Shown here: positions 13,386-25,550 of the stretch, piece by piece
Numbering within the stretch: position 1 is the stretch's first letter
How the letters are laid out: each line of letters starts with the position of its first letter
Assembly (NCBI GenBank): GCA_012026655.1
Contig: JAAILG010000003.1
Span: 186,001 to 250,000 of the forward strand
DNA length: 64,000 nt
DNA from: Hydrolagus affinis
Lineage: Eukaryota
Direction: 5' to 3'
The notes under the pieces: generated by a model
Told to the model about the DNA's origin: nothing
Seen by the model: the letters and a program-made list of their open reading frames with translations, nothing else
Database searches by the model: none
Translations under genes and position numbers: made by a program

Positions 13386-14107
13386 TAAATGGATAGAAGC
13401 ATTACTATATTGCCAATGAACCTTCCATAAATCCTTTCTTAGTACAGTACTTGTTAAATCAGACCCTTTGCTTTGGTGTGACCATTATTAAACAGGTGAC
13501 TGGTCTGAGAGTGCTGCCAGCGTCAAGACAGTTCACAGTGTGGCAATTCAGTAAGTTTCTCCCCCTGAATTTCTTTCTTTCCCACTGGCTTTTGCTTTCG
13601 ATGATTTGGCTGCAATACGCAAATCATCATCTGGAGGAAGCTCAGTCCTGAATATCAGCAGAGGCTAGGATTACATCTGTGGTCTCTTGATCCTTAACGT
13701 GGCAGATCAGCGTGCAGAACCAATGGACAGCTTCTCTGATGATTGAAGCTATTGTAGAAAAGCTTCCTGTGCCTCAATAGCCAAACTCTGGCAGTTCTCC
13801 TTCCAATTCCCTCAGTTGTCCAGATGGTATCTTTATGCGCAGCCCTACCGTCACTCCCAGTAACTTCTAAAGACGATTTACAAAGATTGGTAGATGCTTA
13901 AAAAACTTCTGTCAGTGAATGAACTCTTTAGGAATGGGACCAAAATGATATACAATGACACTCTTTCACAAAATTTCAATAGGTTAGCATGCAAGGTCTC
14001 ATTAGCCAATTGCTACAAAATGTTAGACAGAAGCAAATAGAAAAATGGACCTGAATTGGTTGGTGAACTAGACCAAAGTCGCTTTAGAGCACAGCTTTAA
14101 TAGACAT

Positions 14108-14222
14108 CTGCGCAATTGGCTGACAGATTTTGCCCACAAAAATGCATTCTGTGAAGTGTTTTGAGAAGTCTCAACAATGTGATAAGGCTCTATATCAAAT
14201 GCAAGGATTATTATTGTTATTA
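14108..14222 (+). mobile_element. Family A SINE 3' fragment
   Basis: TGCGCAATTGGCTG...ATATCAAATGCAAGGATTATTATT. Confidence 0.8.
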
Positions 14223-15942
14223 TAATCTGCCACCTGTTTTACCGAAGGTAGAAACGTGTCTTTGTTTCATATTTACTAATCTTTACTCTCCTGCATCCTT
14301 GTTGGCACCAATTTTACAGCTTTTAAGGCTCCAAAACAATCTACATGAAATGTGACAATTTTTCCTCAAAATGCACTATACAGGATATCCAGTGAGGCAA
14401 TTTTCCCTTCACCCAAATTTAACAAAAATAGGGACAAATGTTTGGCCTAGATGGTCTTCTGCAAAAATGCAAAAGACTGTGAAACCATTCAATGGTGAGA
14501 AAAGTTAAATTAATTATATTAAATTATAACTACAGGGTTATCATACCAAGTTGGTAGCACAAGGGAGGAGAAAATGTAACATTACGGGTAGGGGTTAGAT
14601 GCAGATTTCAATGTTGTACTGTTTTTCCTATGAGGAAAGTGAAAGGAGACTTTTTCCTACAATTCAAACAAATGGATGTGAATTTTTTTTGATAACAGAT
14701 CACAGATAAAAATTGAGCAGAGACCAATTTTCGATGCAATGATTCAGGGGAATTGTTTCTGAATGGAAACCTGAGGGTTTCTGCTTTCTCAATCAAAAGC
14801 AGACACATGAAAGAATTCTTCATGGTTCTTTTAGATAATGTCTGGGAGAGAAAAGTAATGAAAAATAAAAAGGTGATTAGTAACTGGTGGTCTAATATTT
14901 TGTCTATACATTCTTAAAATTAGAACCTATGACAAACAATATATATATATATACGCAGGTCCTCAAGATTTTCAGATTTCTTTTAAATTTGTGGTGAATG
15001 TGTTATAAAATTCCAAATTTATTTTTATTTCCAAATAAAATTACATTATTGATATTTCACATACAGTATTATGGTTTACAACAACTAGCATTGAAATAGC
15101 ACCCTTCTCACGGAGTAGCATCCTGTTTGAAAACATAATTAATATAATTCCACTTGCATATCATTAAAAGATGCTCTGGATTAAGTTCCCCTTTCTGTCT
15201 TTATTCTCTGTCCCTTCTGTATTACTATTCTTCAATAAAATAATGATGTTCATTGTTTCACTGTATGTGTTCGGTACATTTCACACATTCCATGACGGGC
15301 TTCAACAGATAATAACAGTGCCCAGAATTTATCTGTAAAATTCAAGAGGAAAATAAGACGAAATGGTTATGCCTGGAATTAAAGTACTAGCTCAATAACC
15401 GTATAAAATATGCATCTATGAAGAAGTGAATATAATAATAATAATAATCCTTGCATTTGAAATAGTGTCTTTATATTATAAAGTGGATTGAGTGTATTAA
15501 CATGTATAGAAGAGAGATGGGGAGAGGGTATTGGGATGTTCAGAAGCTAATGTGGCATATAAACGCTGGCATAGACTAGTTGGACTAAATGGCCTTTTTT
15601 TCATTGTTGTAGGCTGTGTATATATAACTGAGTGCAGGTAAACCTGAGCTCAGTGCTAAACACAGCTAAAATGGGTTTTGATTAGGCTGGGAAACTGAGT
15701 CTCAGCTGCTACAAGACACAAGGATTATAATGCTGAAATCTGCATATATATTCCTCCATTGAGGTATGTTAATTTAACAGGCCACAGATGCCCTTTGTAT
15801 TGGCTCTGATTCAGAATGCATAAATCAAACCAAAAGCATTGCAATGTGAAGGCTTTGAGTTTGTCAGTTCTGGGTCTAGCTTGACCTCTAAAATATAATA
15901 TAACCACAACTCTAAAAGGTTAACAATTTTGATTTAATTTCT

Positions 15943-17296
15943 GATAGATCTTCACTTAGAAAAATATAGGCTGATAAAGGACAGCCAGCATGGATTTATT
16001 AAAGGCAAATCTTGCCTTACAAATCTGATAGAATTTTTCAACGATGTAACAGAATGGGTGGACGAGGGCAGCACAGTTTACATGGACTTTCAAAAGGTAT
16101 TTGACAAAGTGCCGCATGAGAGGCTTATGAGAGAGACCCACGGTGTTAAAGGGACAGTGGTAATCTAGATCCACAATTGGCTGCGAGACAGAAAGCAGAG
16201 AGTTGTGGTGAGTGGCTGCTTTTCAGACTGGAGGGAAGTGTGCAGTGGTGTCCCCCAGGGATCAGTTTTGGGACTACTGCTCTTTTTAATATGCATTAAT
16301 GATTTGGATTTCTGTTTAGGGAGAACGGTTTCCAAATTTGCAGATTATACTAAGTTAGGGAGAATAGTAAATAGTGAGGAGGATCGTAGCCATCTGCAAG
16401 AGGATATAGATAAAATGGTAAAGTGGGCAGACACATGGCAGATGAAGTTTAATACAANNNNNNNNNNNNNNNNNNNNNNNNNNNNNNNNNNNNNNNNNNN
16501 NNNNNNNNNNNNNNNNNNNNNNNNNNNNNNNNNNNNNNNNNNNNNNNNNNNNNNNNNATAGGCTAGATAGTACAATTTTAAAGGGTGTGAAGGAACAGAG
16601 AGACCTGGGGATTTGTGTTAGTGACTCTTTGAAAGTGGCAGGACAGGTAGACAAAGCTGTTAAGAAGGCATATGGGATACTAGGATTTATAAATAGGGGT
16701 ATAGAATACAAAAGTCAGGAAGTGCTGATTAACCTCTATAAGACTTTGTTTAGGCCTCAGCTGGAGTACTGTGTACAATTCTGGTCACCACACTTTAGGA
16801 AGAATATTAAGGCATTGGAAAGGGTGCAGAGGAGATTTACTAGGATGCTACCAGGAATGAGGGACTTCATCTACGAGGAAAGTCTAGATAGGTTAGGCTT
16901 ATTCTCTCTAGAACAAAGAAGATTGAGAGGAGACCTAATAGAGGTTTATAAGACTATGAGAGGTTTCGACAGGGTGAATAGGGAAAGACTGATTCCACTG
17001 GTGGGCGAATCAGTGACTCGTGATCACAGATTTAAAAGTTTCAAAACGAAGCAGAGGGGAGCTGAGGAGAAATGTTTTCACTCAGCAGGTTGCTCGAATC
17101 TGGAATGCCTTGCCTGAAAAGATGGTGGAGGCAGATTCCATAACAGCTTTTAAAAGGGAACTAGATCTTTATTTAGGAAGAATAGGTCTGTTAGGTTATG
17201 GGGAGAAAGCTGGGCAGTGGGATTGTTCAAAGAGCCAGCACAGACTAGATTGACCGAATGGCCTGCTTTTGTGCCGTATAATTCCATGATTCTGTG
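15943..17296 (+). mobile_element. CR1 LINE, 5'-truncated, spanning an assembly gap
   Basis: Peptides SGVPQGSVLG.LLFLI.INDL, SKFADYTKLG, KWADTWQMKFN, LYKTLFRPQLEYCVQFWSP, LFSLEQRRLRGDLIEVYK; ends ATTCCATGATTCTGTG. Confidence 0.95.
16458..16557. other. Assembly gap (100 N)
   Basis: Run of exactly 100 N. Confidence 0.99.
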
Positions 17297-17799
17297 AGCC
17301 CCTGGCAGCTCAGACATGTACTTTGAAAAATCTTTGGTTTGAAGTAACTATGAATGCAGCTGGCAAAAGAACAATTTCCAGCTAAAGCACCTTATTATTT
17401 TCACAAAGTACAGTACCGCTTATTACCTACATTAATTAAATGGAGCAAAAAAAAAAGCCCTTTCATTTTCTGCCTGGTTTGATTAATCTGCACAATACTT
17501 AAGTTTTTGCAACCTCTGGATAGAACTGTTTCTATGTAATAAATGAACCATCTTAAACTAGCTTAATCAATGTTACACAACAGTGACAGATCTGTCTTGT
17601 TGGTGCATTAATTGCAGAGTGAGACTGTGCTGGTTTACATGGGTACCTGGGAAATTATTTTACTCAATGCTGGAGAAAGCTGCTTGACCTGAACGGTTTC
17701 TTTTCCGAGGGGTCTGAAAGGAATTACAGTACCGCTAAACCGGTCCCATCACTCATTTGCTACGTGGAATCACTTCTTTTTTTTAACTTGTTCATTTTT

Positions 17800-18500
17800 C
17801 TCCCACTTTGGCACATGGCTCACTATTGCTGGTTTGGTATCCTGGTCTGTTTCGATGCGGTTCCAAGAGTGAGGGCTGCCCTCTGATTTCCCATCCCTGG
17901 GGAGGGGGAGGCCACAGACAAGCCTGATCTTTCCTCACTCGACCAACACACATGCGGGCACAAGTAAAGGGTTTCGTTCGAAGGACCATGAAGTAGGAAC
18001 CCTGTTGATTTTCCTTTATCTAACCCTGGGGAGATCAGGGCCAATTTAATGATAATAATAGCATGTGATATAACACCTGATCACGTTTTCGAGACATCTC
18101 AAAACGCTTCACAGAATTTATTATGAAGTGAATTGACTGTATATTTTGTGGGCCTAACATAGCAGCCAATTGTGGGCAGCAGTGTCCCACAAACAGTCAT
18201 GCGTTAAGTGACTAAATTATTATGATTTATTTTTTGATGGGATTATTAAACTCAGTAAAGCCATCCGCCACTCGACTAACAACCGGGTTCCGACTTAATT
18301 CTGGGTAAACAGAGGAGTGTGGATTAAGGAAACATGTCCAATGTTTTGCCCAGGAATCAAAACCAAGTTTGCTCGTTTATAAGGCACATGCTTTCACCAC
18401 CAAGCTGCAGAACTGCATCATCTCTCCACCAACCCCAGGTGAAGTCAATAGACGCAGCATACATTTGGATTCAAACTAGCGAGCTCCTCGTCTGTGACGT
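17800..18500 (-). mobile_element. Family C (AmnSINE2-like) SINE split by a family A insertion
   Basis: Left part ends CAGGGCCAATT (18046); right part resumes CCACCAACCCCAGGTGAAGTCAATAGACGCAGCATAC...CCTCGTCTGT, collinear with the copy at 59170 and the recalled consensus. Confidence 0.6.
18047..18416 (-). mobile_element. Full-length family A SINE
   Basis: Tail, body (GGTTCCGACTTAATTCTGGGTAAACAGAGG) and degenerate tRNA head. Confidence 0.85.
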
Positions 18501-21104
18501 GCAGCTCTAGCTATGACTCTATCAGTCAGTCTGTCTGTCCCTGGAATCATGTCTGAAATAAACTGTGTATCAAATAAATTTGTTTTGAAAATTTAACTGA
18601 AGAATGAGAAATACTGTACTTTTTAAAAAAAATTTTTTTTGTGAAAGCCAGTTATAATGGTATGTAAAGCAATACTGCAATAAGACCCCTTATGTGCTAC
18701 ATTGTAACAGAAGCAGAGATTGACTAAGTGTAGACCGCATGCAACAGTACCTCTGACCTGATCAAAGGCTGATACGCAGTTTTCATACATAATAGGGCCA
18801 TAGCTCAACTGAAAACATATTTACAAAGAAGTGAGACTGTCAAACAGTTGTGTAGAATCGGTGAGACAAAAGCAGAGATACTGCTGGCTGGTTGCAAAGG
18901 CTTACAGAGACATGCATCCGAGCAGTCTACAATTTGTCCAGGTTGCTTTTAAATGCCCCTCTTCTCCCCACCCGTGTTCTTTAATTTTTTTCTCCTTCCG
19001 ACAGACACATCTGCTTGAAGGAAAGAATAAGTTGAGAGTTGAACACCTCGGCAGCCTCCATCGATAGTGGTGCTCAATCACCCATCAGGAGGTGTGCTGA
19101 AGTAAGATAACCTAGTCTCTTTCAGTTTTCTTCACATTAAATAACTGACGGTGCTTTGTCTTGCAGCACGACTGAGAGCCCTTGCTTGCTTTCAACGATT
19201 GGTATCTGAAGCACATAATCTCCAAAATAATGATCCTATTTAAATGTGTTCAGCTTTATGCTGGCAGGGAGGAGGACTTGGTGGGGGTGGAAGTTGAAAT
19301 GTGATAATTATCACTGGTTTCTGGTGAAGCAGTGTTGAATCGCTATTCTTTCAGCTCTGAATAATGGCAGGCAGCACTTCTCACTCCACGACAACAACAA
19401 CAACAACCTGCACTTATATAGTGCCCTCTATGCAGGGTAGCAACTCAAACTACTTTAATTTTCACTGGATTGAACACATAGAGCTATTATTGAATCTTCA
19501 GAGCCTGTGGGCAAAACTGTTCTCTCAAAGCTGCTTGAATGTTTACTCCTAAACCTGTCTTTTAAGGACACATTTTAACCACATTTTCTGCCCTTGTGAT
19601 GAACATCACATCGCATACCACAGTTTGATCCCATGGTTACAAACAAGATGTTGGAAAATAAATGGAACCACATTACATAACCAGCCTACAAATATATAGG
19701 CGTTATCCTTATTGAACTAGGTTGAAATTTGTTCGCACTTGACTTCACAACTTTGAATGGTTGTTTATCCGAGACAGAACTTTGTCATTTGTAAGGATGA
19801 AACAAATAAAGTGAATCCATTTCAGAAAATTACAAGTCGATGAGTGTTTGTTCCCTTTAACAAAGTCTAAAACAAAGTCTGAGATCTTGCTAATGCAAAA
19901 CAAGCTGTCCAGTGTTAATCATTAAATGACCCTTAAATGTTATGAATGCATGACTGATGAAGCTCAGTCCTCATAACAGATCATATTAAGCTCAAACATC
20001 CTTTAAGATTTAGCAAGGTTGAAAGCTGTTATACAAGGAAAAATAAGTTGGAATTCACATTTTGTTTAATATTTTCGAAGATCAGCAGAGCCTGTTGATT
20101 TAAAAGTTTTCTGAATGTGGGGAAACTTCCTATTTAGTGTAGTTGTGTTACTGGGAGGACTTTGGAACAGGAAGTTATCTCTAGAATTATGAATCTTTCT
20201 ACTTAACCAATAATATCTAATTAACTACAGTTAATGCACCGACTGAAGTAATCCTTTTACATTAAAAATATTGGATTTAAAGGTCAAACTTTCCTAATTC
20301 CGAGAAGAATATTATCTTTTTATGTGTGCTTTTCTTGGTTCAAGTAAACCTGATGATTTTTGCATGGGTGCCTGACAGTGAGTAATATTGAAAATTCACA
20401 ATATCACAGGGTAATAGAGTAGGCTTTTCTTCTCTTTAAGATGGATCATACTGTTATGGATAAGATCATGCTCACTATAATATGATGGGAATCGCTCATA
20501 AACTCTCTTCAAAAAATTCAGCTGTGTGAGTTAACCTTTAAAGATGGTAAGCCATCACTGATTTGGTTGTTTGAAGTTATTAAATAAAGGCACATGCACT
20601 GATCTGTGTCAGGCATAACACAGCCTTTTGTGATGATAGCTTCTTTGAACGCTTTCAATGATAACCTTATTTCAAAACATCAGAAATCCCTTCGAGATGG
20701 AACTAAGCTGCAAGAAAACCTACTCCTTCTGGGAACAGAAACATCTCACTGGACTCTGTCTTTAAAAATTAATGGTATTTTTATACTGTGTGTTTAGAAA
20801 AGATTTCTTGCAATCCGCTGTCATGTGTACAGACCAAACAGAGATTCCAATAGCACAACCTTTGATGGATAAGTGCAATGGATGTGTATTACACTGGATG
20901 TGCCTTTGTCCTTACAAAGCTTTTGAGCAATCCCTTGCACACTATAGGATAGTAATGGAAACTGGCCTTAAAATGAGACACTTTGGAAACCTGTTAACCT
21001 CAGTTCTTAAAAAGAAGCAGATTCCAGATTAAAGAATTTAAAGAGAAAGTGGTCTATCTAACAAGCAAATACTATTTTAGCCCTTTAGTACACCAATATT
21101 TGAT

Positions 21105-21245
21105 ACTCAGCCAGGACAAGACTAGGGGTCCTATATTGAGCTCAGTGCAGAGAGAGAAAAAAAGCAAGGTGTTCGTTCCTAATCCCTATTAGAGTCACCC
21201 AACATCAGGTGAGGATAGAGTTACACTGAGCAGTAATGTCCCATA
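21105..21245 (+). mobile_element. Family C (AmnSINE2-like) fragment
   Basis: CTCAGCCAGG...TAGGGG...CTCAGTGC...TTCCTAATC...ATCAGGTGAGGATAG...GCAGTAATGTCCC. Confidence 0.5.
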
Positions 21246-21292
21246 TGATAAACTGCTAATATTCATAATAATAATCCTTGCATTGCAATATA

Positions 21293-21648
21293 ATGCCTTG
21301 GCCCACCCTACCTCTGCAACCTCCTTACCACCAACTTGTCTGCTCCTTCCGCTCAACAGGCTCTGGCCTGCTCCATGTTCCCCGACCAACCCACCGCGTC
21401 ACCGGCAGACGAGCCTTCAGCCCTTCTGACCCCAACCTTCGGAAATTCCATCCCGCAACCCCTCCACCTTGCCCCCTCGCTAGCCTCCTTCAAGTCCTGC
21501 CTCAAGACCCTCTTCTTCGACCATGCCTTCCATCAATCCCCTTTCACTCCCTTCACCGCACCATCCCCGATCCTGACCCCTGCTCAGGTGCAAAACACTG
21601 ACTGGCCAGCACCTTAGAATGTCCTCCTGATGTAATTTTGTAGTTGTT
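21293..21648 (+). mobile_element. L2 3' fragment inserted into a family A SINE tail
   Basis: RSTGSGLLHVP...GRRAFS and LASFKSCLKTLFFDHAF peptides; tail GTCCTCCTGATGTAATTTTGTAGTTGTT; SINE tail sequence on both sides. Confidence 0.85.
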
Positions 21649-21896
21649 GCATTTGGTATAGCACTTTATCATGTTGTGGGCGAAATGTGGGCAGCCAATT
21701 GCACACAGCTGTGTCTGACAAACATAGCTGAAACAGTTATGAAGTCCACTCACACTTCACCCCATGGTGAACTGTCACTATTCACCATGAATTACTGACT
21801 TCAGGAGAGAATTGGAGCAGAGAACAAAAATCAGTGGGAGGGGAGGAAATAATTGTCAAATAAAGGAAGCTTTCAGGAAAAATTATCACTAAAATT

Positions 21897-22005
21897 AATA
21901 ATAATCGTTGCATTTGATTTAGTGCATTATCACATCATCAAGATGTCTCGAAGCGCTTCACAGAATATAGTGTAAAGTGAATTGACCATTTATTTTTGGG
22001 CAAAA
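21897..22005 (-). mobile_element. Family A SINE 3' fragment
   Basis: AATAATAATCGTTGCATTTGAT...AAGCGCTTCACAGAATATAGTGTAAAGTGAATTGAC. Confidence 0.8.
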
Positions 22006-22867
22006 AAATCGATAACATACACAAATGACCCAGGTTATTCAAAGACAGGTTACTTATTGAGTAACTACAGCTAGCAATACCAAACATTATTTAATTTAAA
22101 ACTGATGGTAATAAAATTCACATGACTTAAAAAAAAGCATGGAGTAGGTTTGGCTATCAAATAAGGAGTTAACTTTTATCTGAATAGATAAGAGTTTTAT
22201 TCTTTGGAAAACCATCAGTGATCTCTGCCTTGGATTGTAACAGAGCTGCCTTTTGTCCACTCGAAGGGGGAAGGGAGGGGTGAGATTTTCACAGTTATTT
22301 CACGCATGACTTGAAAATGTTCCAACTGCTACAAAGTATTGCCTAACAAATAAGTTGCAGTTGAAGCTGGAAAGCTTTTTATTAGATCAGCGTGTTTAGC
22401 ACTTTTTGAAAACTGGAACAAAGTCGTAAAGTGCACCAAAGTGTAATCAATCCTGCCGTAAATGACTAGATTGGATTACAGTTTCTTCTCGATGTGAAAT
22501 ATTCATTTGCATTAATTCTTCAAACCGGAAAACAGAAATGCAGACACTAGTGGAGACAAAGGTATGAGTGTTTCTTGCAAACCTGTACTGTGGTTGCTGT
22601 TAAGGGCAGAGAAGCATCTCTGCATTATTCTAGAAATTCCTCTTTGTTGCAATTGCAATGTGAATGTTTTTGCTGAGCTGGCACATCTAAATAATTCAAT
22701 GTCCCTGGGATTTTTACACCTCTCTGGTTCTTTCAGTATTACTGATCTATTAATGAAACACGGCAGCAGTGGCTAAAAGGAAGAATCCCATTTCCCGATC
22801 CACTCATCAAAGAGGCAGAAACTGAAACGCGTCCAAAAATATCCAGTTATCAAATCAAGACAGAACA

Positions 22868-23497
22868 ATGGAGCTACCTTTTCAACAAGTGGTTCTGACT
22901 GAGCAAAACGAGGATTGTCAAGGCAACTACTGGGACTTTCTGATGTCTCAGGTGAGGATTTTGCCATCTAGATCTTTTATGGCTAGTAATAGCGGAAGCA
23001 GTAGCATGGAAGACATATGGTCCCACTTTCACAAGTCGCAGAGAAGATTCACAGGAGACTTTAAGAAACAAACGGCTCCACGAGCTTCACGGACTTTATC
23101 AATGCCAAAACTGTCCAATGGGAACATTATCGACACAGCAAGCTTGAACAACCAGAATATAAATTGCAGATTTGGCTACAGTGGAGGACTGAATCAAAAT
23201 CATTCAGGCTCCATGGGGTACAGTTCTATCCCGAATTACTCAGGTATTCCTTTTACAAAGCATGTCCAGAGAATACAAGATTCTCCCGTCTGCAGGCAAA
23301 CCGGTGTTGAAATTGCTTCTGGTACAAGAGCTGATAAAGTACGAATAAAGGATTCCTTGGTGCAAAGGAAAGAGTATGTTACCCTGGTCGCATCAGATAT
23401 TGTGAAATACAGTCAATTACCCAAGCAGAGCAGAGCTGAAATTTATGTCATTGATGAAAACCACTGCCACCACAAAGCAAAGGTACAATACACAGAG
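22868..23497 (+). CDS. C10orf90: Probable first coding exon of C10orf90/FATS long isoform (210 codons)
   Basis: 630-nt repeat-free ORF, strong Kozak ACAATGG, in-frame stops upstream, donor GAG|GTAAGA in phase 0. Assigned to C10orf90 by strand and phase continuity, not by recognised homology. Confidence 0.65.
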
Positions 23498-25019
23498 GTA
23501 AGATAATAACTTACAGAATATGTAGATATTAATTTCATGTTAGTATTATTATAGAATAATCGCACTGGCCCTGATCAATTAGGAGCATCATTTCACCATC
23601 ACACAAGACCTTTTAATGTGCAGAGAGAGATCCCTAGAATAGGTGCAGTCGGCCAAACAGCAATGTTTTTTTCAGTATCTGCTCCTCATATTCTGGGGTC
23701 ATCTCTAACAGGTTCCTGATGGCACTTATCTCTTCACTCAGAATCCCTTCCCTCAACCTTCTGCCATGGTTCAGAACTGCTTAATAAGCAATTGCTTTTC
23801 ACTTCAAGAGTGTAGGTCTCAACAAGGAGCTCTCCACAACGAGGTTGGAGCTTCCCAACAATTACAGAAATTATATTGCTGATTTGCTTATCAGGGCTGC
23901 ATGTCATTCTGTGACCAAGTTCAAGCCAGTGGCTACAGTTATGATATGTGAAATATGATCAGCTATCACACTATCGGTTGAAAAATGCAACATATCCTTA
24001 AATATGCAGTGAAAAAATCAATATTTTAGAGCTAAGTGTAAAATATGTCCAAATAAATGAAAAATTCTAAATTGCTGAGCACATACGAATTTGACCAGAG
24101 CTTTGTAGTTCTTAAATGACCCCCATATTTACCAGTTGAATCTGTTATATAAGTTACATTTTTCATCCCAGCAAGTCTAAAGAATTTTTTATTTCATCAG
24201 ATTTTATGTGATGCAGAACTAATTACAAATCATGATTAGATCACTAGATGTAGCTGCCTTTTCTCTTGGTCTTTAAAATAAGACTTTAATGATGAGCGCA
24301 AAATAACCTTGATAACATAATGTTTAAATCACTCACAAGTTCAGGCAGAGAGCTGTATTATTTCTGATCAATTAATTGAGATACGAAGCAAAATGGTCAG
24401 GTTTAATTTGATCCTTGTTTTCCTGGTTGCTATGTAACAAGAGCCTACTTGCTGTTATTATCCATCTCTGAGTATTTAGGCATTACAGTCATGAAACTCC
24501 CTTTGAATAAATGTATCCCTTGGAAATAATACTTCAAATGTATTCTGTCTCAGTCTTTTACTCACTATTTTTCTTCCAGATAATGATCACATCAAATTGG
24601 TTGTCACACATTGCATTCTCCACCCTGCATAAATTAAATTTAACTCTCAAGATTCACAGTAAGTTGTGACCTTGATACGTACAAATCCGCACTGGATTGC
24701 CATTGATAAACATTTGTTATGTAGGTTAAAGACAGCCAACTAGGTAAAGAGTCTTCAGAAAAATCATAAAGCATCTATCTTTTCAGCTGGAGAACCCAGC
24801 AAAGTGGTTCTCAAAGAAACTACCTATTCCAACACAATAAAGTGGATATTTTTTTCAGTGATCTTTCAACTCAAAACTGTTGTGTTTCTGGCAAAGCACC
24901 TTAGGCTGAAAGTACTGTGGACCTCAATAGAATAAATCTGTACAAATTTATGGAAACACTCAAAGCTCAATCATTTTGGAGTCGTTTGGCTTTTTCAGCA
25001 GTTGTGGTCCCTTCAAAAA

Positions 25020-25193
25020 AGAGTAATAATTTGATCACTCAATCCACGACTGTTTGTAGGACACTGCTGTGAGCAATTGGCTGCCATGTTTCTTCCACAA
25101 AATACAGTCAATATACTTTATATTCTGTGAAGCGCTTTGAGACTTCTCAAAGACAAAATAAAGCACTATATCAAATGCAAGGATTATTATTAT
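25020..25193 (+). mobile_element. Family A SINE 3' half
   Basis: GACACTGCTGTGAGCAATTGGCTGCC...TCAAATGCAAGGATTATTATTAT. Confidence 0.85.
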
Positions 25194-25309
25194 CAAAACT
25201 CACAATTAGAGCAAAGTTTTTTTCAACCCATTTTTACTAAAGTCAGGAATATCCTGATGAGTTCCCAAATGGCTTAGAGAATAAAGTCAACATTAAGCCA
25301 CAGAGGTTA

Positions 25310-25550
25310 TAGCTTTTAAACTTGGTCAGGCACCAGGAAGTATTTCTTTACATTGAGGGTTATTAACAGCCTCAACATTAACAGCCTCAACATTAACAGC
25401 CTTAATTTGCTCCAGGTGTCATTAACAGCTGGAGCAAATTATCAGAAGGGTAGTTGAGGCCAGGATGCTGGACTCAGTTAGAATAAATCTTGGTGCTTTT
25501 ATTGGGGTTGAGTATTCTGGAAGTATTAGATCAAATGCACCGAAGGGCAT
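25310..25550 (+). mobile_element. Old CR1 3' remnant with a templated insertion
   Basis: CAGGAAGTATTTCTTTACATTGAGGGTTATTAAC...GGGTAGTTGAGGC resembles the CR1 R..FF..RV...WN.LP..VVEA region. Confidence 0.55.

Noticed and set aside
13600-13860. Possible LF-SINE remnant
   Set aside because: Only short scattered similarities to the recalled consensus; not supportable without a profile search.
16587-17117. 176-aa ORF as a host gene or active RT
   Set aside because: It is the CR1 ORF2 C-terminus. The element is 5'-truncated, frameshifted, and its catalytic motif reads FADY instead of FADD.
23380-23470. IDENH in exon 1 as the homologue of human MIDENK
   Set aside because: That human segment aligns better by position with the start of the 52094 exon (IMASTFGISPL...ALPL), so the match is probably coincidental.
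25362-25441. CRISPR-like repeat array
   Set aside because: Vertebrate DNA, 15-bp contiguous units with no spacers, and no cas genes.
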